From assembly GCA_016184305.1 (NCBI GenBank), contig JACPCX010000155.1, positions 1 through 31,546 of the forward strand: 31,546 nt of DNA, written 5' to 3'. Shown one piece after another: positions 1-9,726 of the stretch (position 1 is the stretch's first letter; the number at the start of each line of letters is the position of its first letter). The notes under the pieces are model-generated. The model ran no database searches. It had not been told where the DNA came from and was given only the letters and a program-made list of their open reading frames with translations. The translations under genes were made by a program, and so were the position numbers. This DNA is from Candidatus Rokuibacteriota bacterium. GTDB lineage: Bacteria; Methylomirabilota; Methylomirabilia; Rokubacteriales; CSP1-6.

Positions 1-156
1 GGTGCCCGCGATCTCTGGGTCCGCATGGCCGAGGCCTCCAAGAGGCAGGCCCGTCCCCCCGAGTTCCTCTCGACGCACCCCTCCGAGGCCACGCGCATCA
101 AGCAGATCGAGGCCTGGATGCCCGAGGCCATGAGCCACTACCGCCCGGCCAGATAG
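1..156 (+). CDS. 3' end of an M48-family (BepA/YfgC/Oma1-like) metallopeptidase, truncated by the window edge
   Basis: Frame 1 reads GARDLWVRMAEASKRQARPPEFLSTHPSEATRIKQIEAWMPEAMSHYRPAR*. The PPEFLSTHP..R motif is typical of M48 peptidase C-termini. Confidence 0.8.
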   Translation, partial: GARDLWVRMAEASKRQARPPEFLSTHPSEATRIKQIEAWMPEAMSHYRPAR

Positions 157-169
157 CCCCGCCCGCCCC

Positions 170-188
170 GATACCCCCTGGGGGTATC
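170..188. repeat. Perfect 19-bp palindrome GATACCCCC-T-GGGGGTATC (possible CsoR/RcnR-type operator or hairpin)
   Basis: 9-bp inverted arms around one central base, read directly; function inferred. Confidence 0.6.
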
Positions 189-299
189 AGGGGGTCCCCG
201 GGGGGCTCCGCCACGCCCCCAAGCAGCCGGCCGGAGCCTGGCAGCTCAATCCACGGTGGTCTCGGTCATGGGGGCCACTACCCGTGGACTTCCTCATCT

Positions 300-330
300 G
301 CGGGATTTCTCTATAAAATTCCGTCTTTTT
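300..330 (+). terminator. Possible intrinsic terminator of the upstream gene
   Basis: GCGGGATTT-loop-AAATTCCGT stem with G-U pairs, followed by CTTTTT. It could instead be an AT-rich UP element of the mraZ promoter. Confidence 0.3.
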
Positions 331-332
331 GC

Positions 333-361
333 TTGACAGCCTTTTCGCCACCAACTAGGAT
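333..361 (+). promoter_or_regulatory. Sigma70-type promoter of the dcw operon
   Basis: TTGACA (333-338), 17-bp spacer, TAGGAT (356-361), upstream of mraZ. Confidence 0.8.
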
Positions 362-362
362 T

Positions 363-397
363 GCCCACTGGGTGGGATAGATTCCCATGAAGTGGGA
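363..397. promoter_or_regulatory. Putative MraZ-binding boxes
   Basis: GTGGGA at 372-377 and 392-397, plus reverse-strand TGGG boxes (CCCA at 364-367 and 384-387). They resemble the TGGGN/GTGG repeats MraZ binds in its own promoter. Confidence 0.55.
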
Positions 398-442
398 CGC
401 CAACCAGATAAGGAGGGGAGTTTTCCCCCTCAGGGGCAGGCG

Positions 443-883
443 GTGTTTCGGGGGCATTTCAAGCACACGGTCGATCCGAAGGGGCGGCTCAGCATCCCGG
501 CGAAGTTCCGGGAAGCCCTGGCGGATGGCCACGGCGACAAGGTCGTCATCGTGCCCTGCGGCGATGCGCTCGAAGTGCATCCGCTCCAGCTCTGGCACGC
601 GCTCGAGGAGCGAGTGAATGCGCTGCCGAGATTCGATCCCGATCGGCGCCGAGTCCAGTACACGTACATCTCGCTCGCGCAGGACGTCACGCTCGATCCG
701 CAGGGACGCATCCAGATCCCTGCCGACTACCGCGAGCGCGTGGGGCTCGTGAAGGACGTGCTCATCATCGGCCTGACGGACAAGTTCGAGGTGTGGGATG
801 CGGAGCGGTGGGCGCACTTCCAGCGCGATCACGATGGACCGCTCGACGATCTGTTCGAGAGGCTGGCGGGCAAGGGAGTCTGA
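443..883 (+). CDS. mraZ: Division/cell wall cluster transcriptional repressor MraZ
   Basis: MFRGHFKHTVDPKGRLSIP and LDPQGRIQIP give two DxxGR SpoVT/AbrB motifs. First gene of the dcw cluster; GTG start at 443 chosen by homology. Confidence 0.97.
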   Translation: MFRGHFKHTVDPKGRLSIPAKFREALADGHGDKVVIVPCGDALEVHPLQLWHALEERVNALPRFDPDRRRVQYTYISLAQDVTLDPQGRIQIPADYRERVGLVKDVLIIGLTDKFEVWDAERWAHFQRDHDGPLDDLFERLAGKGV

Positions 884-889
884 GGCGGC

Positions 890-1795
890 ATGCAGCGGGA
901 GGGGATGGCGCACCTCCCGGTGCTGGTCGACGAGGTGACGTTCCTCTTGCGCCCCCGTCGCGGGGGCTGGGTCGTGGACGGGACGGTCGGCATGGGTGGA
1001 CACGCTGAGCGACTGCTGGAGCGCGCGGGGCCCAGAGCGCGGCTCCTCGGGCTCGATCACGATCCCGAGGCGCTCGCGCGCGCCAGGCAGCGGCTGTCCC
1101 GCTTCGGCGATCGCGTGGTGCTCAGGCAGGGAAGCTTCAGGCACCTCGCCACGCACGCGGGCGCCGCGGGCGTGACCGAAGCGGACGCTGTGCTCCTGGA
1201 CCTGGGCCTCTCCTCCTACCAGCTCGATGAGTCGGCGCGCGGCTTTTCCTTCCAGGGCGACGAGCCGCTCGACATGCGCTTCGACCCCGCCCAGGGGCCC
1301 ACCGCCGCCGAGCTCCTGAACTGCCTCCCGCAGGAGGAGCTGGCGCGCATCCTGTTCGAGTACGGCGACGAAACGCAAGCCCGCCGCATCGCCCGGCGCA
1401 TCGTCGAGCAGCGGGCCCGGGCGCCCTTCGCGACGACGGCGGATCTGGTGGCCGTGGTGAAGCGAAGCGTGCCGCGCGCTGCCTGGTCACGCCGCACCCA
1501 CGTTGCCACGCGCACCTTCCAGGCCCTCCGCATGGCCGTCAACGACGAGCCCGGGGCGCTCCGCGAGGCTCTCCCCCAGGCCGCCGAGCTGCTCGCCATC
1601 GGCGGCCGGCTCGGCGTCATCTCCTTCCACTCCGGCGAGGACCGCATCGTGAAGCGCATGTTCCGGAGCCTCGAGCCGACACGCTTCGGCGAGCTGGAGC
1701 CGTCCCCGATCGAGCCCGACCCGGACGAGGTCAGACACAACCCACGCGCGCGGAGCGCCAAGCTCCGCGTGCTCGCGCGCCTGGAGGCAGCATGA
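890..1795 (+). CDS. rsmH: 16S rRNA m4C1402 methyltransferase RsmH
   Basis: HLPVL, DGTVGMGGHA, DLGLSSYQLD, RGFSF, ISFHSGEDRIVK and NPRARSAKLR motifs. Alternative start at 905. Confidence 0.97.
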   Translation: MQREGMAHLPVLVDEVTFLLRPRRGGWVVDGTVGMGGHAERLLERAGPRARLLGLDHDPEALARARQRLSRFGDRVVLRQGSFRHLATHAGAAGVTEADAVLLDLGLSSYQLDESARGFSFQGDEPLDMRFDPAQGPTAAELLNCLPQEELARILFEYGDETQARRIARRIVEQRARAPFATTADLVAVVKRSVPRAAWSRRTHVATRTFQALRMAVNDEPGALREALPQAAELLAIGGRLGVISFHSGEDRIVKRMFRSLEPTRFGELEPSPIEPDPDEVRHNPRARSAKLRVLARLEAA

Positions 1796-2259
1796 GAATC
1801 GACGAGCGAGGGGGAGCGCCGGCGGCACGGCTCTGGGCGGGGACGCTGGACCCGGCCTTCCAGCAGGCGGCGCGGTTCCACCGCGAGCCGGACCGGCGCC
1901 GGCTCCGGGCCATGGCCGTGGGCGTGCTCTGCGCGACCGTCTTCATGCTGGGCGTGCTCGGGATCGTCGGGCTCAAGGTCCACCAGGTCCGGCTCTCGTA
2001 CCAGCTGGACGCCCTGCGCGCGACGCGGGCAGAGGCCGATGAGCTGAACCGGCGTTTCCGGGTGGAGCTGGCCACGCTCCACTCCCTGGCGCGCCTCGAG
2101 GACAGGGCTCGCACCGAGCTCGGGATGGTCCCCCCCGGCCGGGATCAGGTCCGGCTCGCGCGCGAGTTCGTGCCCGGCGGCAGTGGCCTGAGCAGCGTGA
2201 GCCCGCCCCGCACCGCATCGGCCCAGCGGGTGAGCCCTGTCGAGGCGCCCGTCCGCTAG
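1792..2259 (+). CDS. ftsL: Cell division protein FtsL-like
   Basis: One TM segment followed by a coiled coil ending ARTELGM; position between rsmH and ftsI; ATGA overlap. Confidence 0.8.
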   Translation: MRIDERGGAPAARLWAGTLDPAFQQAARFHREPDRRRLRAMAVGVLCATVFMLGVLGIVGLKVHQVRLSYQLDALRATRAEADELNRRFRVELATLHSLARLEDRARTELGMVPPGRDQVRLAREFVPGGSGLSSVSPPRTASAQRVSPVEAPVR

Positions 2260-2289
2260 CATGAAGCCTCCGGAGGCCGTGGAGCCGCC

Positions 2290-4299
2290 ATGATCTCGCG
2301 CCGGATGGAGGGCCTGAGGATCCGGACGCTGATCGTCGCAGGCTGTCTCGGCCTGGCCTTCCTCGGGCTCTCCGGCCGGCTGGTCTACCTGCAGGTCGTC
2401 AAGCACGAGGAGTACCTGCGCCTCGCCGAGAGCCAGCACGCCAAGGCGATCCCCCTCACGGCGAAGCGGGGCGCGATCCTGGACCGGCATGGGCAGGTCC
2501 TCGCCGTCTCCTCGGCGGCCGAGACGCTCTTCGCCCTGCCCGGGCGCGTGGACGACGCCGACCGGCTCGCGCGCCGGCTCGCGCCGATCCTCGACGAGCC
2601 CGTGGGCGAGATCGCCAGGCGGCTCCAGTCCTCGAAGCGGTTCGTCTACGTCAAGCGCCGGCTGCCGCCCGCCGTGGCGCAGGCGGTGCGGGACTTGCGC
2701 GAGCCGGCGCTGGGCTTCGTCGAGGAGAGCCTCCGGCTCTATCCCAACCGGGAGTTGGCCGCCCACGTGGTCGGCTTCGAGGGGGCCGAGGGGAAGGGGC
2801 TCGGAGGCATCGAGCAGGTCTGGGAGGCCCAGCTGGCCGGACGGGAGGGCCGGGCGCTCGTCGAGCGCGACGCGCTCGGGCGCGAGGTGTCCGGCGCCCC
2901 CCGGATCCTCAAGCCCGCCCGCCCCGGGCAGGGCCTTGTCCTCACCATCGATGCGACGCTCCAGTACGTCGCCGAGAAGGAAGTGGACGCCGCCTGGCGC
3001 CGGACAGGCTCCAAGGCCGCCATGGCCATCGCCATGGATCCGCGGACGGGGGAGGTCCTCGCCGTGGCCATCCGGCCCACCTTCAACCCCAACACCTTTT
3101 CCTCGGCCACGGACGAGGAGCGACGGAACCGCGCGGTCACCGATCCCTTCGAGCCGGGCTCCACGTTCAAGGTGATCCTGGCCGCCGCCGCCCTCGACGA
3201 GGGCGTGTTCCGGCCCACCGACCGCCTCTACGGGGAGCAGGGCGCCATCAAGGTGGCCAGCGCCACGATCCACGACTGGAAGAAGTACGGCTGGCTCACC
3301 TTCGCGGAGGTGCTGCAGCACTCCTCCAACGTGGGCGCCATCAAGGTCGGGCTCCAGCTCGGCAAGGAGCGCTACTACAAGTACATCACCGGCTTCGGGT
3401 TCGGCACGCCGACGGGGGTCGGGCTGCCGGGGGAGAGCCGGGGCCAGCTCCGCTCGACCCAGCGCTGGTCGGGGCTGTCGCTGGCCACCGTGTCCATCGG
3501 CCAGGAGATCTCCGTGACGGCGCTGCAGATGGTCGCCTCCTTCGCGGCCGTGGCCAACAACGGCCGCCTCATGCAGCCGCAGCTCGTCCGGGCTGTCCTC
3601 GACGCGCAGGGGCGGGAGATCCAGGGATTCGAGCCCCGCGTGGTCCGCCAGGTCATCACCCCGGATACCGCGCGCGTGCTGACCGGGATCATGACCCTGG
3701 TGGTCAGCGACGGGACGGGACGCAACGCGGCCATCGCGGGCTTCGACGTGGCCGGCAAGACGGGGACCGCGCAGAAGCTCGATCCCGCCACCCGGCGCTA
3801 CTCGCGTGCGCCCGGCGTCCTGTCCTTCGTGGGATTCGTCCCGGCCGATGACCCGAGGCTCGCCATGCTGGTGATGCTCGACGAGCCCAAGAACGAGAAG
3901 TGGGGGAGCGAGGCCGCCGCGCCCATCTTCGCCGCCATCGGGCGCGCGGCGCTGCGACATCTCCAGGTGTCGCCGCGCGACTCGGCTCCGGTCCAGATCG
4001 TGCGCGGCGAGGGCGGGGCCGCGGCCGAGCCGGCGGTCGCATCTCTCGGCGCCGCCGGCTCACTCCGCGCCCTCGTGCGGCCCGCCGCCTTCACGCCGGT
4101 CGCCGAGAGCGCCCGCCTCATGCCGGCTCTCGTGGGGCTCTCCCTGCGCCACGCCATGGAGGCGCTGGCCCCGCTGGGCGTGCCCGTCGAGATCACGGGC
4201 GGTGGCGTCGTGGTGGCTCAGTCCCCGCCGCCGGGGGCCGCGCTCCTGGACGGCATGCCCTGCCGCCTGACCCTGGCCTCTCCGGCAGCGAGGCGATGA
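2290..4299 (+). CDS. ftsI: Class B penicillin-binding protein FtsI/PBP3 with a C-terminal PASTA-like domain
   Basis: RGAILDR, FEPGSTFK (SxxK), SSN and KTGTAQK motifs; C-terminal MPALVGLSLRHA..VVAQSP PASTA-like segment. Confidence 0.95.
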   Translation: MISRRMEGLRIRTLIVAGCLGLAFLGLSGRLVYLQVVKHEEYLRLAESQHAKAIPLTAKRGAILDRHGQVLAVSSAAETLFALPGRVDDADRLARRLAPILDEPVGEIARRLQSSKRFVYVKRRLPPAVAQAVRDLREPALGFVEESLRLYPNRELAAHVVGFEGAEGKGLGGIEQVWEAQLAGREGRALVERDALGREVSGAPRILKPARPGQGLVLTIDATLQYVAEKEVDAAWRRTGSKAAMAIAMDPRTGEVLAVAIRPTFNPNTFSSATDEERRNRAVTDPFEPGSTFKVILAAAALDEGVFRPTDRLYGEQGAIKVASATIHDWKKYGWLTFAEVLQHSSNVGAIKVGLQLGKERYYKYITGFGFGTPTGVGLPGESRGQLRSTQRWSGLSLATVSIGQEISVTALQMVASFAAVANNGRLMQPQLVRAVLDAQGREIQGFEPRVVRQVITPDTARVLTGIMTLVVSDGTGRNAAIAGFDVAGKTGTAQKLDPATRRYSRAPGVLSFVGFVPADDPRLAMLVMLDEPKNEKWGSEAAAPIFAAIGRAALRHLQVSPRDSAPVQIVRGEGGAAAEPAVASLGAAGSLRALVRPAAFTPVAESARLMPALVGLSLRHAMEALAPLGVPVEITGGGVVVAQSPPPGAALLDGMPCRLTLASPAARR

Positions 4300-5801
4300 G
4301 GCGTCCCCCCGTGCCCACCTCCACGCTTCTCGACGCCCTGCCGGTGAAGACGGTGCACGGGGCCCTGCCGCTTACCGTGACCGGCATCACCTACGACTCC
4401 CGGAAGGTCGTCCCGGGCGACCTCTTCGTGGCCGTGCCCGGGCTCAAGCAGGACGGGCGTCGCTATGTTCGTGATGCCGTGGGGCGCGGCGCCTCCGCGG
4501 TGGTGCTCGAGGGGCCGGGCCCGCTGCCCGCCGCCCTCGCCGCGCAGATCGTGGTCCCCAGCGCCCGCGAGGCCCTGGCGCGACTCGCGGACGCCTATTA
4601 CGGCCATCCGTCGCGGGCCCTCACGCTCGTCGGCATCACCGGCACCAACGGCAAGACGACGACCACTTTCCTGGTGGACGCGCTCCTCCGTGCCGCGGGG
4701 CACCGGACCGGGCTCATCGGCACCATCGAGTACCGGATCGGCGACGAGGCGATGGCGGCGGGGCAGACCACTCCCGAGGCCGTGGAACTGCAGGCCCTTC
4801 TCGCCCGCATGCGGGACGAGGACGTGACGGGGGTGGCCATGGAAGTCTCCTCCCATGCGCTGGCGCTGGCGCGGGCCGACGGGACGCAGTTCGACGTGGC
4901 GGTGTTCACCAACCTGACCCAGGATCACCTGGACTTTCACGGCACCCTCACGGAGTACCGCCGCGCCAAGAGGCGGCTGTTCGAGCTCCTGGCCTCGGGC
5001 GCCAAGCCCCGCCGCTCGGCCGTGATCAATGCCGACGATCCGGCGGGCCCGTCCATGGTGGCGGGGCTCGATCTGCCGATCCTGACCTTCGGCATGGGCC
5101 CGGCGGCGGCGATCCGTCCGCGGCAGGCGACGTCCGGGGCGGAGGGGATCAGGATGGAGCTGGAGACGCCAGCCGGTCCCGTGACAATCGCCTCGCCGCT
5201 GTCCGGCGAGCACAACGCGATGAACCTCCTGGGGGCTGTCGGCGTCGCTCTCGCCCTCGGCATCGCGCCGGAGCTGGCGGGGGGGGCGCTGTCGGGTGTG
5301 GCCACCGTGCCGGGGCGCTTCGAGCGGGTGGAGGCGGGGCAGGCCTTCCTGGTGGTCGTGGACTACGCCCATACCCCGGATGCGCTGGAACGGGTCCTCA
5401 CCACGGCCCGCAAGCTCTTACCCGGCGGGGGGCGGCTGGGGGTGGTCTTCGGGTGTGGCGGCGACCGGGACCGCGGCAAGCGCCCCCTCATGGGCGGCAT
5501 CGCCGCGCGGCTCTGCGACGGCGTGTGGGTCACCTCAGATAACCCGCGGAGCGAGGCACCGGAGGCCATCATCGCCGAGATCGTGACGGGCATCCCCGCC
5601 GCCGGCCCGGGCGCCGCGCGGCATGTTACGATTCCGGACAGGAAGGCCGCCATTCGCGATGCGCTCGGGTGGGCCCGGGCCGGCGACGGGGTCGTGATCG
5701 CCGGCAAGGGCCACGAGACCTACCAGATCGTTGGTGCTCAGGTGCTTCCCTTCGACGATCGGGCCGTGGCCCGGGCGATCCTCGCGGAGCGAACAGCATG
5801 A
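4296..5801 (+). CDS. murE: UDP-MurNAc-dipeptide:meso-DAP ligase MurE
   Basis: GITGTNGKTT, MEVSSH, NLTQDHLDFH, DYAHTPD, DNPR (mDAP-type) and AGKGHE motifs. ATGA overlap with the ftsI stop. Confidence 0.97.
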   Translation: MRRPPVPTSTLLDALPVKTVHGALPLTVTGITYDSRKVVPGDLFVAVPGLKQDGRRYVRDAVGRGASAVVLEGPGPLPAALAAQIVVPSAREALARLADAYYGHPSRALTLVGITGTNGKTTTTFLVDALLRAAGHRTGLIGTIEYRIGDEAMAAGQTTPEAVELQALLARMRDEDVTGVAMEVSSHALALARADGTQFDVAVFTNLTQDHLDFHGTLTEYRRAKRRLFELLASGAKPRRSAVINADDPAGPSMVAGLDLPILTFGMGPAAAIRPRQATSGAEGIRMELETPAGPVTIASPLSGEHNAMNLLGAVGVALALGIAPELAGGALSGVATVPGRFERVEAGQAFLVVVDYAHTPDALERVLTTARKLLPGGGRLGVVFGCGGDRDRGKRPLMGGIAARLCDGVWVTSDNPRSEAPEAIIAEIVTGIPAAGPGAARHVTIPDRKAAIRDALGWARAGDGVVIAGKGHETYQIVGAQVLPFDDRAVARAILAERTA

Positions 5802-7201
5802 GGACACGGGCGCGGATGTTCACGATCGAAGACGTGGTGCGCGGGACCCAGGGGGCGCTCGTCGGCGGCGACCTCGGCGTCCACGCCTCCGGCGTGTCCA
5901 TCGACAGCCGGAGCCTGCGCGTGGGCGAGGTGTTCTTCGCCATCCGCGGCTGGCAGCAGGACGGCCATGCATTCGTCCAGGACGCCGCCGCGCGGGGCGC
6001 CTCCTGCCTCGTGGTGCACTCGCTCCCCGATGACCTTCCCTCGAGCGTGCCCGTGGTCCTGGTGGACGACACGACGCGGGCGCTGGGACGGCTGGCGGCC
6101 TACCACCGGGCCCGCTTCACCATCCCCGTCGCCGCGGTGACCGGCTCCAACGGCAAGACCACGACGAAGGAGATGATGGCGGCGGTGCTGGAGACCCTCG
6201 GACCCATCCTCAAGCCCCAGTCGAGCTTCAACAACCAGTGGGGGCTGCCGCTGACCCTGCTCCAGCTCTCGCCCCAGCACCGAGCCGTGGCGCTGGAGCT
6301 GGGGTCCAGTCGGCCGGGAGAGATCGCGGCCCTGGCCGAGATCAGCCGCCCCACGGTGGCCGCGGTGACCACGGTGTCGAGCGCCCACACGGAGTTCCTC
6401 GGCTCCCTCGACGGCGTGCAGGCCGAAAAGGGGGCGCTCGTCGCCGCCATCCCGCCCGAGGGCGCCGTCGTGCTGAACGCCGATGACCCGCGCGTGCTGG
6501 CCATGCGGGATGCGAGCCGGGCGCGGGTGCTCACCGTGAGCGCCGAGCGCGAGGCCGACGTCCGCGCGGTCGGGATCCCCGCCGAGACCGAGGAGGGCCT
6601 GGCGGTGACGCTGGAGATCCGCGGCGCCCGCCGGACGGCCCGGCTGGCCTTCGCGGGACGCCACAACGTGACGAATGCCCTGGTGGCCGCGGGGGTCGGG
6701 CTTGCGCTGGGGCTGCCGCTGGCCCAGATCGCGGGGGGGCTCGAGGCCGCGCGCCCGGCCAAAGGGCGCTGCGTCTGGCGGCGCGCCGGGGCGCTGCTCA
6801 TCCTGGACGACACCTACAATGCCAACCCCGCCTCGGTCGGCGCGGCGCTGTCCACGCTCGCCACCGCGCGCGAGGCCGGGCGCCTCATCGTCGTGCTCGG
6901 CGACATGCTGGAGCTCGGCGAGATCGGCGAGGCGATGCACCGCGAGGTCGGGCGCGCCGTGGCGGTGTCCGGCGCGGCCGAGTTCATCGGCGTCGGGCGC
7001 CTGGCACGCGTCGCGGTGGAGAGCGCGCGGGAGGCAGGGCTCGGCGAGTGCCATCACGTGGGCACGTTCGAGGACACGGTGGCACTCCTGCTCAAGCGGC
7101 TGGCGCCCGGGGACGCGGTCCTCGTGAAGGGCTCACGCGGCATGCGCATGGAGCGGGTGGTGGACGCCCTCCTGGCCCGGTTCGGAGGAGACGATGCCTG
7201 A
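5798..7201 (+). CDS. murF: UDP-MurNAc-tripeptide:D-Ala-D-Ala ligase MurF
   Basis: VTGSNGKTTTKEM, FNNQWGLPLTL, DDTYNANP, LGDMLELG and VKGSRG motifs. Confidence 0.97.
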   Translation: MRTRARMFTIEDVVRGTQGALVGGDLGVHASGVSIDSRSLRVGEVFFAIRGWQQDGHAFVQDAAARGASCLVVHSLPDDLPSSVPVVLVDDTTRALGRLAAYHRARFTIPVAAVTGSNGKTTTKEMMAAVLETLGPILKPQSSFNNQWGLPLTLLQLSPQHRAVALELGSSRPGEIAALAEISRPTVAAVTTVSSAHTEFLGSLDGVQAEKGALVAAIPPEGAVVLNADDPRVLAMRDASRARVLTVSAEREADVRAVGIPAETEEGLAVTLEIRGARRTARLAFAGRHNVTNALVAAGVGLALGLPLAQIAGGLEAARPAKGRCVWRRAGALLILDDTYNANPASVGAALSTLATAREAGRLIVVLGDMLELGEIGEAMHREVGRAVAVSGAAEFIGVGRLARVAVESAREAGLGECHHVGTFEDTVALLLKRLAPGDAVLVKGSRGMRMERVVDALLARFGGDDA

Positions 7202-8280
7202 TGCTCTACCATCTCCTCGTTCCGCTCGCCCGGGACCACATCGTCTTCAACGTCTTCCGGTACATCACGTTCCGGGCGGCGATGGCGACGGTGACCGCGC
7301 TCATCATCTCGTTCGTGCTGGGGCCGTGGCTGATCCGGCAGCTCCGCCAGATGCAGCAGGGCGGCGAGACGATCCGCGAGGACACCCCGGAGCGGCACCG
7401 CGAGAAGGCGGGCACGCCGACCATGGGCGGGCTCGTCATCCTGGCGGCCATCCTGGGGACGACGCTCCTCTGGGCCAATCTCAGGAACCGCTACGTGTGG
7501 ACGGTCATCCTCGCCACGGCGGGTCTGGGTGGCATCGGGTTCCTGGACGACTGGCGGAAACTCCGCACGCGCAAGGGTGTCTCGGCGCGGCAGAAGCTCG
7601 GTGCCCAGATCCTCCTCGTCGGGCTCATCCTGGCGTGGCTCTTCTTCTGGCCGGTGGACGGCTTCACGACGGGGCTCGCGATCCCCTTCTTCAAGGGGTG
7701 GCTCCTGACGCTCGGCTGGCTCTGGATCCCGTTCGCCCTTCTGGTGATCGTGGGGGCCTCCAACGCCGTGAACCTCACCGACGGGCTGGATGGGCTCGCC
7801 ATCGGGCCCATCGTGATGGCCGGCGGCGCCTTCGCCATCATCGCGTACCTGACGGGCAACTTCCGCGCGGCGGAGTACCTGCGCATCCTGAACGTCAAGG
7901 GGACGGGAGAGCTGACGATCTTCTGCGGCGCGCTGGTGGGGGCGGCGCTGGGCTTCCTCTGGTTCAACACCTACCCGGCGCAGGTCTTCATGGGGGACGT
8001 GGGGTCGCTGGCGCTCGGCGGCGCCATCGGCACGCTGGCGGTGCTCACCAAGGCGGAGCTCCTGCTGCCCCTCATCGGGGGCATCTACGTGGTGGAGGCC
8101 GGCTCGGTGATCATCCAGGTGGCCTCGTTCAAGCTCACCGGCCGGCGCGTGTTCCGCATGGCGCCCTTGCACCATCACTACGAGCTCTGCGGGTGGGCGG
8201 AGCCGAAGATCATCGTCCGCTTCTGGATCGTGTCCTTCATGCTGGCGCTCCTGGCGCTCACGACGCTCAAGCTGCGCTGA
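7201..8280 (+). CDS. mraY: Phospho-N-acetylmuramoyl-pentapeptide transferase MraY
   Basis: KAGTPTMGG, NAVNLTDGLDGLA, VFMGDVGS and MAPLHHHYEL motifs; TGATG overlap with murF. Confidence 0.98.
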   Translation: MLYHLLVPLARDHIVFNVFRYITFRAAMATVTALIISFVLGPWLIRQLRQMQQGGETIREDTPERHREKAGTPTMGGLVILAAILGTTLLWANLRNRYVWTVILATAGLGGIGFLDDWRKLRTRKGVSARQKLGAQILLVGLILAWLFFWPVDGFTTGLAIPFFKGWLLTLGWLWIPFALLVIVGASNAVNLTDGLDGLAIGPIVMAGGAFAIIAYLTGNFRAAEYLRILNVKGTGELTIFCGALVGAALGFLWFNTYPAQVFMGDVGSLALGGAIGTLAVLTKAELLLPLIGGIYVVEAGSVIIQVASFKLTGRRVFRMAPLHHHYELCGWAEPKIIVRFWIVSFMLALLALTTLKLR

Positions 8281-8289
8281 GGGGATGAG

Positions 8290-9726
8290 GTGCTCACAAC
8301 CGAGAGCCGGGACCACCTCGCCGGTGGGGAGATGGTGATGCGCGGCGCCGCGTCTCGCCAGTGGCTTGCGGGTCGCACGGTGGCCGTCGTCGGCCTGGCC
8401 CGGAGCGGGATCGCCGCCGCCCGGCTCGTGGCGCGTCTGGGCGGGCGGGTGCTCGCCTCCGACTCGGCGCCCCTCGAGGCGTGGTCCGCTGAGGCGCGTG
8501 CCCTGGCCCGCGAGGGGCATGCGATCTGGGCGGGCGGACATCCGGCAGCCGCCTTCAGCGGCGTGGACCTCGTCGTGGTGAGCCCGGGCGTGCCGTTCGA
8601 CCTGGCCGCGCTGGCCCCGGTGCGCGCGCGGGGGGTGGAGGTCATCGGCGAGCTGGAGCTCGCGTGGCGGGTCATGGAGTGCGACGTCATCGCGATCACG
8701 GGGACCAATGGCAAGACGACGACCACGGCGCTCACCGGCGAGATCCTGCGGGGCCAGATGCGGCCCGTGCTGGTGGGAGGCAATATCGGCAACCCGCTCT
8801 CGGCGCAGGCGCTTGCCTGCCCGCCCGACGAGCTCGTGGTGGCCGAGGCGTCGAGCTTCCAGCTGGAGGCCACCGTGGACTTCCGGCCCCGGGTGGCCGC
8901 GGTGCTGAACCTCACGCCCGATCACCTGGACCGTCACGGCACCTTCGAGCGATACGTCGACGCCAAGGCCCGGATCTTCGCCAACCAGACGACGGCCGAC
9001 TGCGTGGTGCTCAACGCGGACGACGCGCCCACGGCGGCGCTTGCCGGCCGGACCCGCGCGCCCGTGGTGTGGTTCAGCCGCCGCCGGGCACTCGACCATG
9101 GCGTGTTCGTCCGGGATGGCTGGATCGTGGCGAAGCTCAACGGCCCCCCCGAGCCCCTCTGCCCGACGGCCGACATCCCGCTGCGCGGCCAGCACAACGT
9201 GGAGAACGTGCTGGCGGCGGCGGCCTGCGCCCTCTGGACGGGCATGGGGGCGGACGCGATCCGGAAGGGGATCGTGGCCTTCCGTGGCGTGCCGCACCGG
9301 ATCGAGCGCGTCCTCGATGGCCGGGGAGTGACCTTCTACAACGACTCCAAGGGGACGAACGTCGCCTCCACGATCACGGCCCTCGAGAGCTTCAGCGAGC
9401 CCGTCGTTCTCATCGCGGGGGGCAAGGCCAAGGGGCAGGACTTCGCGCCTCTCGCGGCGGCCGCCCGTGGGCGGTTCCGGCACGTGGTGCTCCTCGGGGA
9501 GGATCGCGACAAGGTCCGGGCCGCTCTCGCGGGGCTTGGCATCGGGATCGAGGAGGCCGCTTCCATGGAGGCCGCCGTCCGGGCCGCGGCCGCCGCCGCC
9601 CGGCCGGGGGACGTGGTGCTCCTGTCGCCGGCTTGCGCGTCCTTCGACATGTTCCAGAACTTCGAGCACCGCGGGGAGGTCTTCAAGGCGGCGGTGCGGG
9701 CCCTCCTGCAGGGCGGAACGCGCTGA
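8290..9726 (+). CDS. murD: UDP-MurNAc-L-Ala:D-Glu ligase MurD
   Basis: GLARSG, ITGTNGKTTT, EASSFQL, DHLDRH, YNDSKGTN and LSPACASFD motifs. Exact start uncertain. Confidence 0.96.
   Translation: MLTTESRDHLAGGEMVMRGAASRQWLAGRTVAVVGLARSGIAAARLVARLGGRVLASDSAPLEAWSAEARALAREGHAIWAGGHPAAAFSGVDLVVVSPGVPFDLAALAPVRARGVEVIGELELAWRVMECDVIAITGTNGKTTTTALTGEILRGQMRPVLVGGNIGNPLSAQALACPPDELVVAEASSFQLEATVDFRPRVAAVLNLTPDHLDRHGTFERYVDAKARIFANQTTADCVVLNADDAPTAALAGRTRAPVVWFSRRRALDHGVFVRDGWIVAKLNGPPEPLCPTADIPLRGQHNVENVLAAAACALWTGMGADAIRKGIVAFRGVPHRIERVLDGRGVTFYNDSKGTNVASTITALESFSEPVVLIAGGKAKGQDFAPLAAAARGRFRHVVLLGEDRDKVRAALAGLGIGIEEAASMEAAVRAAAAAARPGDVVLLSPACASFDMFQNFEHRGEVFKAAVRALLQGGTR

Noticed and set aside
3900..4295. 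Long N-terminal extensions from the ORF track for murE, murF, mraY, ftsW, purA and mraZ
   Set aside because: Most overlap the upstream gene; homology and stop/start overlaps support the later starts.
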